Assembly: GCA_000025185.1 (NCBI GenBank) | Contig: CP001848.1 | Span: 5,700,001 to 5,732,000 of the forward strand | Source: Pirellula staleyi DSM 6068 | Lineage (GTDB): Bacteria > Planctomycetota > Planctomycetia > Pirellulales > Pirellulaceae | Direction: 5' to 3' | Length of the DNA stretch: 32,000 bases | Shown here: positions 17,375 to 25,004 of the stretch, in pieces | How the letters are laid out: every line of letters starts with the position of its first letter | How positions within the stretch are numbered: the stretch's first letter is position 1 | Notes under the pieces: model-generated | Database searches by the model: none | The model's input: the letters and a program-made list of their open reading frames with translations, nothing else | Told to the model about the DNA's origin: nothing | Translations under genes and position numbers: made by a program

Positions 17375-17983
17375 ATGTCCCGTGAATCTTCCGAAATACC
17401 GTCGGGCGAACCGCTGCAGCAGTTGGTGTGCGATCGGGTTCGCTCGATGCGTAAAGCCAAGGGGTGGACCCTCGAGCAGTTGGCCAGCCTGAGCGGCGTA
17501 AGTCGAAGCATGCTCAGCGAAATCGAACGCGGCAGTGCCAACCCCACACTGGGCGTGGCATTTCGCATTGCGCAGGCTTTTGGGATGACCCTGGGGGATT
17601 TGGTCGACTCGCCCGAGCCTCCCAAGCCTCGGATTGATGTCATCCGGAGCGATGACCGCAGCTTCATGTTCCGCGACGATAGCGACTGCCGCATCCGCAC
17701 GCTTTCGCCGCTGCACCTCGAAAAAGATGTCGAATTCTACGAGCTAACCCTCCGCACGGGTGGAAAACTCGAGAGCCAGCCCCACTTCGAAGGGACTCGC
17801 GAGTTCCTGACGGTCGAAAAAGGGGTCGTCAGGCTGACTGCTGGGAGCGAAACGTCGGAACTCAAGCAGGGAGATTCGGCCCACTATCCCGCCGACGTGC
17901 CGCACGAAATCCGGAATATCGGACGGGGCGAAGCTGTCGTCTTCCTCGTCGACATCTACGGCCGCCCGAGCCAGCGGCGGTAA
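17375..17983 (+). CDS. XRE-family HTH plus cupin transcriptional regulator
   Basis: This is the C-terminal 202 codons of ORF 16139..17983. The rest of that ORF is antisense to tdh. The HTH is 'WTLEQLASLSGVSRSMLSEIERGSANPTL' and the cupin motif is 'GDSAHYPADVPHEIRNIG'. Confidence 0.85.
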   Translation: MSRESSEIPSGEPLQQLVCDRVRSMRKAKGWTLEQLASLSGVSRSMLSEIERGSANPTLGVAFRIAQAFGMTLGDLVDSPEPPKPRIDVIRSDDRSFMFRDDSDCRIRTLSPLHLEKDVEFYELTLRTGGKLESQPHFEGTREFLTVEKGVVRLTAGSETSELKQGDSAHYPADVPHEIRNIGRGEAVVFLVDIYGRPSQRR

Positions 17984-18010
17984 AATGTATCTTACTAAAG
18001 ACTTGGGTGT

Positions 18011-18047
18011 CTGGGTGGCTACTAGCTGGCTTGTCCAGCAGTGAGCA
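18011..18047 (+). repeat. Copy B of the 37-bp intergenic box CTGGGTGGCTACTAGCTGGCTTGTCCAGCAGTGAGCA
   Basis: Identical over 37 bp to 19737..19773. It contains the small hairpin GCTGG-cttgt-CCAGC and starts 28 nt after the regulator stop. Confidence 0.95.
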
Positions 18048-18074
18048 CTTTACCGGGCACTTCCACAGCTAGTG

Positions 18075-18112
18075 CCTCGTGTGAACCCAGGTTGCGAGCA
18101 ACCTGGGGTGAA
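18075..18112 (+). repeat. Palindromic element cctcgtgtgaaCCCAGGTTGCGAGCAACCTGGGgtgaa
   Basis: 10-bp arms CCCAGGTTGC/GCAACCTGGG (18086..18107). A similar element lies in the opposite orientation at 19650..19688. Confidence 0.85.
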
Positions 18113-18254
18113 ATGTCAGCCGCTGCTGCGGTCTAGATCGGTGCCACCCGCCTAGCGACTCTCGGCAGGTCCGAACACAATAGAATCCTGCGTGTCGTTA
18201 TCGCTAGCGACCGCCCCAAGCCAACTTTCGCAGGATGCTCCCTCAGGATAATTA

Positions 18255-19619
18255 GTGCCGCGCATGTCCGAGCCGTTTTCGATTCGTGTGATTGACGCCC
18301 GCCAAGAGCCCCTCGCCCCAGCGCTGGCTGAACTTCGCGAGCGACTGAGCCCGCGCGGCAACATCGTCAGCGAAGCTGGGCGCAAGCGGACGATCGACGT
18401 CTTTGGCAAGCCGCTCAGCCCCACCGAAGTGGTCGAGACGATCTGCCGCGACGTTCGCGAACGCGGCATCGCCGCGGTACTCGACTACAGCAAAAAACTC
18501 GACCGGGCCGATCTCACGCCGGAAACGATTCGCGTCTCGCAGGCCGAGCTCGACGCCGCTCACGCAGCTGCTGATCCAGCGTTTCTCGCCGCCATCGCTC
18601 GCATCCAGCAAAACATCCTCGAGTTCCAAACGGCGATTCTTCACAAAGAAGTCGAGGTCCGCCGCAACGGCGTGGTGCTACGGCAACGCTATCAGCCTCT
18701 GGAGCGGATCGGCATTTGCGTCCCCGGCGGCGCTGCTGCCTATCCATCGACGGTCCTGATGACAGCTGTTCCGGCCCAAGCTGCTGGCGTCTCTCAAATT
18801 GTCGTCATCGCTCCGCCGACCGATTTTGGCGCTAACAACCGCGATGTGCTTGCAACGTGCAAAGCGATCGGCGTGACCGAGGTCTATCGCATGGGTGGCG
18901 CGCAAGGTGTCGCGGCACTCGCCTACGGCGTCGAAGGGATTCCCAAGGTCGATAAAATCGTCGGCCCGGGCAACTTGTTCGTCGCGCTGGCGAAGCGACA
19001 TGTCTACGGCGAAGTCGATATCGATTCCATCGCCGGACCTAGCGAAGTAGTCGTCATTTCCGACGAAACGACCCGCGCCGACTTCACCGCTGCCGATCTT
19101 CTCGCGCAGGCCGAACATGCCCCCGGCGCCAGCATCCTGATTACTTGGAGCCGCACCGCGCTCGAAGCGACCAAGCGCGAGCTCGAGCGACTGGTGCAAA
19201 CGATTTCTCGCAGCGAGCTCACCCTGCAATCGCTCCGCGATTTTGGCTGTTTGATTCTCGTCGACTCGCCGGAAGAAGCGTGCCGCGTCACCAGCGAAAT
19301 CGCCCCCGAGCACCTGCATATTGCTACCGAAAATGCGGGCGCACTACTGGCCAAGATTCGCAACGCCGGAGCTACGTTCCTCGGAAACTACAGCCCCGTC
19401 GCCCTCGGCGATTATGCCGCGGGACCTTCGCACGTGCTGCCGACAGGCGGAACCGCTCGCTGGGCTTCGGGACTTTCGGCCAATCATTTCCTCCGCAGCA
19501 GCAGCGTGATCGACTACTCCGCGGAAGCCTTGAGAGACATCGCCCCCGCCATCCAAATGCTCGCCGATAAAGAAGGGCTCACCGCCCATCGACTGAGCGT
19601 CGACCTGCGTGTGGAGTAA
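18255..19619 (+). CDS. hisD: Histidinol dehydrogenase
   Basis: 'IGICVPGGAAAYPSTVLMTAVPAQAAGV', 'VGPGNLFVALAKRHVYG', 'DSIAGPSEVVVI' and 'AQAEHAPGAS'. The start is GTG at 18255 (AGGA 6 nt upstream) or ATG at 18264. Confidence 0.95.
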   Translation: MPRMSEPFSIRVIDARQEPLAPALAELRERLSPRGNIVSEAGRKRTIDVFGKPLSPTEVVETICRDVRERGIAAVLDYSKKLDRADLTPETIRVSQAELDAAHAAADPAFLAAIARIQQNILEFQTAILHKEVEVRRNGVVLRQRYQPLERIGICVPGGAAAYPSTVLMTAVPAQAAGVSQIVVIAPPTDFGANNRDVLATCKAIGVTEVYRMGGAQGVAALAYGVEGIPKVDKIVGPGNLFVALAKRHVYGEVDIDSIAGPSEVVVISDETTRADFTAADLLAQAEHAPGASILITWSRTALEATKRELERLVQTISRSELTLQSLRDFGCLILVDSPEEACRVTSEIAPEHLHIATENAGALLAKIRNAGATFLGNYSPVALGDYAAGPSHVLPTGGTARWASGLSANHFLRSSSVIDYSAEALRDIAPAIQMLADKEGLTAHRLSVDLRVE

Positions 19620-19649
19620 CGACATTAGCTAGAAATCACTCCCCTCTTC

Positions 19650-19688
19650 TTCAGCCCAGGTTGCTCGCAACCTGCGCTTCACAAGAGG
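19650..19688 (-). repeat. Inverted copy of the palindromic CCCAGGTTGC..GCAACCTG element
   Basis: The reverse complement reads cctcttgtgaagcgCAGGTTGCGAGCAACCTGGGctgaa, against cctcgtgtgaaccCAGGTTGCGAGCAACCTGGGgtgaa at 18075..18112. Confidence 0.8.
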
Positions 19689-19736
19689 CCTATACCTTGC
19701 ATCACTTGTCATCAACGCCGGGTGGCACTGCTGATG

Positions 19737-19773
19737 CTGGGTGGCTACTAGCTGGCTTGTCCAGCAGTGAGCA
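19737..19773 (+). repeat. Copy C of the 37-bp intergenic box
   Basis: 37/37 identity with 18011..18047. It lies between hisD and hisC. Confidence 0.95.
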
Positions 19774-19840
19774 GTTCGAACCAACTCAACCATTTCAAAT
19801 CAATCGCCAGATTTCCCATCCTTCGAAGTAAGACTTGATC

Positions 19841-20893
19841 ATGTATTTTCGTCCTGAAATTCTGGCAATGGCGGGCTATGTGCCGGGCGAACAGCCTCAA
19901 GCGGGCAAGTTCATCAAGCTCAACACCAACGAGAATCCCTACCCGCCACCTTCGGGCATCAAGCAAGCGATCGACGAGTGCCTGACTCGCGGATTGCAGC
20001 GCTATCCCGATCCGATGGCGAATGCTTTCCGCACGCGTGCTGCCGAGATTTTCGATCTGCCGAGCAAAGACTGGATCATGGCCGGCAACGGCAGCGATGA
20101 CATTCTGACGATCTGCACGCGAGCTCTCGTGGGCGCGGGAGATTTATTGCGTCTCCCCTATCCCAGCTACATCCTCTATCGCTCGCTTGCTGAGATCCAA
20201 GGGGCGCGCTGGGAAGAGATCGATTTCCACGCCGACTGGACTCTTCCCGAAACGTTCGCCAAGCCAGCCGACGGGCTGAAGCTGGTCTTTTTGCCCAATC
20301 CCAACAGCCCCACCGGCACGATGATTTCGCGCGAAACGATTCTCGAAATCGCCGACGCGCTCCCCTGCCCGCTGCTGGTCGATGAAGCGTATGTCGACTT
20401 CGCCAGCTTCAGCTGTATCGACCTCCCGAAGCAAAACGAAAAGATCCTCGTCAGCCGCACGCTCAGCAAGTCGTTTGGCCTGGCGGGCCTGCGGTTTGGC
20501 TACGTCGTCGGTCAGCCGCACATGATCGAGCAGCTGATCAAAGTCAAAGATTCCTACAACTGCGACTCGCTCAGCATCGCTGCTGCAACCGCTGCCATTC
20601 ACGACCAAGCGTGGCTCGCCGAGAACCGACGCAAGGTGATCGCCACCCGCGAAAAGCTAGCGGCTGGCCTGGCGCAACTCGGATTTGAGGTCATACCGTC
20701 AGAAGCGAACTTCGTTTGGTGTACCCACCCGTCAAAACCGGCAAAACCAATTTACGAAGCACTGAAAAACGCCAAGATCTTGATCCGATACATGAACTAT
20801 CCGCGTTTTGGCGATGGGCTGCGGATTAGCGTGGGAACCGACGACCAGAACGACGCCCTGCTCTCCCTCCTCGCCAGTTTGGTACAAGCATGA
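19841..20893 (+). CDS. hisC: Histidinol-phosphate aminotransferase
   Basis: '[11 protein letters not shown]', 'NPNSPTG', 'VDEAYVDF' and the PLP-lysine motif '[17 protein letters not shown]'. I prefer the ATG at 19841 over the TTG at 19835. Confidence 0.93.
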   Translation: MYFRPEILAMAGYVPGEQPQAGKFIKLNTNENPYPPPSGIKQAIDECLTRGLQRYPDPMANAFRTRAAEIFDLPSKDWIMAGNGSDDILTICTRALVGAGDLLRLPYPSYILYRSLAEIQGARWEEIDFHADWTLPETFAKPADGLKLVFLPNPNSPTGTMISRETILEIADALPCPLLVDEAYVDFASFSCIDLPKQNEKILVSRTLSKSFGLAGLRFGYVVGQPHMIEQLIKVKDSYNCDSLSIAAATAAIHDQAWLAENRRKVIATREKLAAGLAQLGFEVIPSEANFVWCTHPSKPAKPIYEALKNAKILIRYMNYPRFGDGLRISVGTDDQNDALLSLLASLVQA

Positions 20894-21486
20894 GCCGCAC
20901 AGCAACGATCGACCGCACCACGCGCGAAACCCAAATCCACCTCGAGATCAATCTCGACGGCACCGGCAAATCGACGCTGGCCACCGGCGTGGGGTTTCTC
21001 GATCACATGCTCGAGCTTTTCGCCCGCCACGCTGCTGTCGACCTCGTCGTCCAGGCCAAGGGCGACTTGCACGTCGATCAGCATCACACGGTCGAAGATA
21101 CGGGCATCTGCCTCGGCCAAGCGGTGAAGCAAGCGCTCGGTGACAAAGTCGGAATCCGTCGCTACGGCCACTTCACCCTGCCGATGGAAGAAACGCTCGC
21201 CACCACCGCGATCGACCTTTCGGGACGCTACTATCTGGTCTTCAATGCTCCGCTCCCGAGCCAAAAGATTGGCGATTTCGACAGCGAGCTGATCGAAGAC
21301 TTTTGGCAAGCGTTTGCTGCCAACTCGCTCTGCAACTTGCACGTGCTGGTGCACTACGGCCGCAACACGCACCACGTGAGCGAAGCCATCTTCAAATGCC
21401 TCGCCCGCTCGCTGCGCATGGCCATCGAAATCGACACCCGCCTCGCCAACATCGTCCCCAGCACCAAAGGGACGCTCGTTTCGTAA
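20890..21486 (+). CDS. hisB: Imidazoleglycerol-phosphate dehydratase
   Basis: '[13 protein letters not shown]', '[15 protein letters not shown]', '[14 protein letters not shown]' and '[19 protein letters not shown]'. An ATGA overlap joins it to the hisC stop. Confidence 0.95.
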   Translation: MSRTATIDRTTRETQIHLEINLDGTGKSTLATGVGFLDHMLELFARHAAVDLVVQAKGDLHVDQHHTVEDTGICLGQAVKQALGDKVGIRRYGHFTLPMEETLATTAIDLSGRYYLVFNAPLPSQKIGDFDSELIEDFWQAFAANSLCNLHVLVHYGRNTHHVSEAIFKCLARSLRMAIEIDTRLANIVPSTKGTLVS

Positions 21487-21598
21487 GAGCCCGAGCAGCC
21501 CACGAAACGCCCACAGCCACGAAACCAGCTTCACGCGATAGTACCCACGCCCACGTTTCACTGCCACTGGTTGCCGCTGCGCCGTACTTTTCGGGTGC

Positions 21599-21629
21599 CA
21601 TGCTCCTGTCGCGCAGCAGCAGGAGCATG
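21599..21629. other. Perfect 10-bp hairpin between the convergent hisB and SUKH genes
   Basis: CATGCTCCTG (21599..21608), an 11-nt loop, then CAGGAGCATG (21620..21629). There is no U-tract on either strand. Confidence 0.6.
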
Positions 21630-21709
21630 TGAAGTGTAGTAAGACGCCAAAACGTTGATGATTGTCCTAGGCTGTGGGAAAACCACTGTTCCAAGTTGCC
21701 GTTGAACGT

Positions 21710-22210
21710 TTAGTTAACGATGCCTGGATCACGTAGGCCGGCGATATACTCGGTGAAAGAGTTGGCGAGCAGGGTGATGTTGCCAGCTGACTCAACGCTA
21801 CCATTCCACTCCTCGTCGGGTTCATCCTCATGATCCCAAAAGAATATGCGCCCGCGAACGGACTCGGCGATGCCCAGACAGATCGCGTTGCCAAAGGGAT
21901 CATCATGAATCCAAATCAATGATTCCGGAATGCGCCCCTCGTAACGCTCGCGCGCCCGATCCAGAGAAAAGTAGGATTCGTCTCGGAAGCCACCGATGTG
22001 GTGAACGCCAGCTTCAACCACCTGCCCCTCTTGATCCTTCCCTTGATACCAATAGCGACCGCCGACGTAACCGCCATTGCAATGGATCAAGAAATAGCGG
22101 TAGTCCTCCGGCAACTTTCCGCCAATCTCCGCCTCGAACCGAGCCACCTCATCTGCCGAAGCTGGGGGCGATTTTTTCTTCACCTCAGCAATAAACTCAT
22201 CGATCTTCAT
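21710..22210 (-). CDS. SMI1/KNR4 (SUKH-1) family protein, an immunity-protein-type fold
   Basis: 'VARFEAEIGGKLPEDYRYFLIHCNGG' ... 'DDPFGNAICLGI' ... 'GRIFFWDHEDEP' is the classic SUKH-1 pattern. Length is 166 aa. Confidence 0.85.
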   Translation of the reverse strand: MKIDEFIAEVKKKSPPASADEVARFEAEIGGKLPEDYRYFLIHCNGGYVGGRYWYQGKDQEGQVVEAGVHHIGGFRDESYFSLDRARERYEGRIPESLIWIHDDPFGNAICLGIAESVRGRIFFWDHEDEPDEEWNGSVESAGNITLLANSFTEYIAGLRDPGIVN

Positions 22211-22261
22211 AACTACACTCCACCGCTAAACGACTCTGATTCCCTGATTCAAGTTTGTAGT

Positions 22262-22287
22262 TCGTAGGTCGGCTACCCTGTAGCCGA
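22262..22287 (+). repeat. REP-like hairpin cgtagGTCGGCTACcctGTAGCCGAC
   Basis: Perfect 9-bp stem pairing 22267..22275 with 22279..22287. The reverse complement matches 22386..22411 at 24/26 positions. Confidence 0.9.
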
Positions 22288-22385
22288 CATAGGGCTAACC
22301 GTTGCCCCTTGGAGCATCGTAGGATTGGCTCGTTGGCAATCCAGCAGCACGTCGTGGGCGGATCGCATTAGCGACGCATTTCAAT

Positions 22386-22411
22386 TGTCGGCTACGGGGT
22401 AGCCGACCTAC
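22386..22411 (-). repeat. REP-like hairpin GTCGGCTACgggGTAGCCGACctacc, the inverted partner of 22262..22287
   Basis: Perfect 9-bp stem pairing 22386..22394 with 22398..22406. The pair encloses 98 bp that contain a third hairpin, GGATTG..CAATCC, at 22321..22341. Confidence 0.9.
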
Positions 22412-22438
22412 CGATGCCGACGCAGTCGGCTAGAGGCT
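22412..22438 (+). repeat. 27-bp box GATGCCGACGCAGTCGGCTAGAGGCTT, copy 1
   Basis: 25/27 identity with 23249..23275. It contains the hairpin CCGAC-gca-GTCGG. Confidence 0.9.
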
Positions 22439-22464
22439 TTGTTCCGCGCTACTGGCCCATCGAA

Positions 22465-23142
22465 CTAAGGAACGGGCGCTGCAGGAAACAGTCGTGGAGA
22501 TCTCAGCGAGGGTGGTGAATCTGCTGGTATTGGTCCCTCGTCGGCGGAAGCTCCCTCGAGGGCAGTGTTTCGCGATGAGATTGAACCACCCAGGACGATC
22601 AAGTCATCGCGCAGCATCGCGCGATAGTAGGGATCGACACCGCTGAACTTCTCGTTCAACAGCGCCGGCAGCACCACAACATGCCGGGGCTTTTCGAACA
22701 ACTTTGCTAGTTCAGCAGCTTCCATAGGTGTGCCGTCGATCTTCCAGGCTAAGAGCGATGCGTCGATAGCCACGTGGGTTCGAGTTTCACCTTGAACGGT
22801 TTTCACTGGAACGACGAATGTTTCCATGACATTGACATATTCAGTGTAGGTCTCTTCCTTCATCACACCATTTCCAAGATCAACTAAGCGACTTCGCGTT
22901 TCCGGCACCTTCCTCTGAATCATGCCAGGCCTTTGTTCGACCTTTAGTTGTGGACTCAGCAACTCCAGTCGTGTCCCATCTGCCGAAATCTTGGCAACCT
23001 GCAAGCTCATGAAATCAAAAGCAGGAAATTCTTTGGGACGAAGCGCAGGCCTCTCGACTTTCGCCTCTTGAGCCAATGCGAGCACTGGACAACAAATCAG
23101 GCTGACCAGCAGTATCGCTATACTGTGAACGTGACGAGACAT
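22465..23142 (-). CDS. Hypothetical secreted protein (225 aa), family not recognised
   Basis: Signal peptide MSRHVHSIAILLVSLICCPVLALAQE. No motif recognised. The central part is AT-richer than its neighbours by hand count. Confidence 0.6.
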   Translation of the reverse strand: MSRHVHSIAILLVSLICCPVLALAQEAKVERPALRPKEFPAFDFMSLQVAKISADGTRLELLSPQLKVEQRPGMIQRKVPETRSRLVDLGNGVMKEETYTEYVNVMETFVVPVKTVQGETRTHVAIDASLLAWKIDGTPMEAAELAKLFEKPRHVVVLPALLNEKFSGVDPYYRAMLRDDLIVLGGSISSRNTALEGASADEGPIPADSPPSLRSPRLFPAAPVP

Positions 23143-23248
23143 GCATTAGTCCTCGCAGCAGGCAAAGAGTCACCAAGGTTTTCTATTGTCAGCAGCTAGC
23201 CTAGCAAATACCGTACAAAACACCAATTCAACCTTGGTAGTTCGCATT

Positions 23249-23275
23249 GATGCCGACGCAGTCGGTGAGAGGCTT
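23249..23275 (+). repeat. 27-bp box GATGCCGACGCAGTCGGTGAGAGGCTT, copy 2
   Basis: Direct repeat of 22412..22438. Both copies are preceded at different distances by a GTAGTTCG motif (22257..22264 and 23238..23245). Confidence 0.9.
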
Positions 23276-23365
23276 GCCTTGAGAAAGATGGCCGGCAAAT
23301 TGGCCCAAGGAACTGGCTACAAACCTAGCAATGAATTTTTAGTACGACTGGAAAGAGAGACATCG

Positions 23366-24901
23366 ATGATGCGCATTTTTGTCTTGGCTATGTTGGTCGG
23401 CGCTGCGCTGGCGAGTGCGGGGCCGGATTTTGTCGCTGCGAATGATCGTCCGAATGTGCTGATGATTTTGGTGGACGACCTTAAGCCAGCGCTAGGCTGT
23501 TATGGCGATCCTGTTGCGCAAACGCCCAGTCTCGACAAGCTTGCTGAGCGTGGGATGCGGTTTGAGCGGGCGTACTGTAATCAGGCTGTTTGTGCGCCGT
23601 CGCGATTTACCTTGATGCTCGGTTCGCATTCCACGTCGACCGGCCTGTATGGGCTGGGGAGTCAGCTGCGTCAATTCATTCCCGATGCGGTCACCCTGCC
23701 GCAGTACTTTGCCAAGCATGGCTATCGAACTGAGTCGCTGGGGAAAGTCTTTCACATCGGGCATGGCAATCAAGGTGATCCTGACTCCTTTAGCGTCCCG
23801 CACTTTCACGACAAAGTGATTGAGTATTTGGACCCGGCGAGCACCGATGGTGGCAAGCTAACGCGTGAAGAAGCCTTCTTTACGAATCAGCGACTGGGCG
23901 AGATTGGATCGCTCCCGCGTGGCGCCGCATTTGAAGCGCCAGACGTTGACGATCTGCAGTATGCCGATGGGCGCGTCGCTTCGGAAACAATCAAGCGACT
24001 GCGCGCGGCAAAGCAACTTCGCGACCAGGAAGGGACACCGTTTTTTATCGCTATCGGTTTTGCTCGCCCGCACTTGCCGTTCTGTGCTCCGAAAAAATAT
24101 TGGGACCTGTACGATCGGGCGAAATTGCCGATGCCCGAGTTCGAGCAGCTTCCCATGAATGCGCCGCCGGTAGCGGGCAAACGTGGCGGTGAGATCAGCA
24201 ATTACAAACCGGTCCCCGAGAATGGGAAAGCAGAGTTCAGCGATGAGCTAAAGCGGAATTTGATCCACGGCTATTACGCGAGCATGAGCTTCGTCGACGC
24301 CCAAATCGGGAAGGTTCTGGAAGAGCTGAATGCGTCGGGGCTGGCCGGCAATACCATCGTCGTGCTGTGGGGCGATCACGGCTTTCATCTGGGCGATCTG
24401 GGTATTTGGACGAAGCATACGAATTACGAGCAGGCCAATCGCATTCCGATTGTGATTGTCGCGCCGGGGGTGACTCAGCCTGGAACCGCTACGAAGCAGT
24501 TGGCCGAGAGCGTGGACATCTTCCCCACACTTGCTGAGCTAGCTGGCTTGCCTGCACCTTCGGGTCCACAGCCAATTGACGGCGTGAGCCTAGTGCCGGT
24601 GCTCAAGGACTCGTCGGCTCGAGTTCGCGACCATGCTTATCACGCTTACCCCAAGGCAAAACTGGGCCGAGCGATCAGGACGGACCGTTATCGGCTTGTT
24701 GAGTGGCGAGCGATTGGTGCCGCGCCCGAGTCTGCCGTGTATGAACTTTACGACTACGATGCTGATCCGCTGGAGCGCGAAAACCTTGCTGCAAAGCAGC
24801 CCGAGGTGGTGGAGTCACTCAAGATGACGCTGGCGAAATATCCACAGCCTGTTTTGGGAACTCCTCGCGGAGCAGCGAAAGATCGAAGCCCCGAAAAATG
24901 A
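23366..24901 (+). CDS. Formylglycine-dependent sulfatase (iduronate-2-sulfatase-like)
   Basis: The start is moved to the ATG at 23366 (MMRIFVLAMLVGAALASA). Motifs are 'PNVLMILVDDL', the signature 'CAPSRFTLMLG', and 'GDHGFHLGD...WTKHTNYE'. Confidence 0.9.
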   Translation: MMRIFVLAMLVGAALASAGPDFVAANDRPNVLMILVDDLKPALGCYGDPVAQTPSLDKLAERGMRFERAYCNQAVCAPSRFTLMLGSHSTSTGLYGLGSQLRQFIPDAVTLPQYFAKHGYRTESLGKVFHIGHGNQGDPDSFSVPHFHDKVIEYLDPASTDGGKLTREEAFFTNQRLGEIGSLPRGAAFEAPDVDDLQYADGRVASETIKRLRAAKQLRDQEGTPFFIAIGFARPHLPFCAPKKYWDLYDRAKLPMPEFEQLPMNAPPVAGKRGGEISNYKPVPENGKAEFSDELKRNLIHGYYASMSFVDAQIGKVLEELNASGLAGNTIVVLWGDHGFHLGDLGIWTKHTNYEQANRIPIVIVAPGVTQPGTATKQLAESVDIFPTLAELAGLPAPSGPQPIDGVSLVPVLKDSSARVRDHAYHAYPKAKLGRAIRTDRYRLVEWRAIGAAPESAVYELYDYDADPLERENLAAKQPEVVESLKMTLAKYPQPVLGTPRGAAKDRSPEK

Positions 24902-25004
24902 AGGCGGTCTTCGGCCGGTCGAGCCGGCCTTACTTTCGATTCGTCGACGAGCGATGTTCGAGGGCGCCTGCAGCTGCGCTGCTACGGTATTCAATGGGCC
25001 GTGA

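Noticed and set aside
17195-17716. N-terminal extension of the 540-aa ORF 16094..17716 upstream of tdh
   Set aside because: Homology to Tdh starts at MLAIRKLK (17194). The extension is antisense to the XRE regulator and has no recognisable features.
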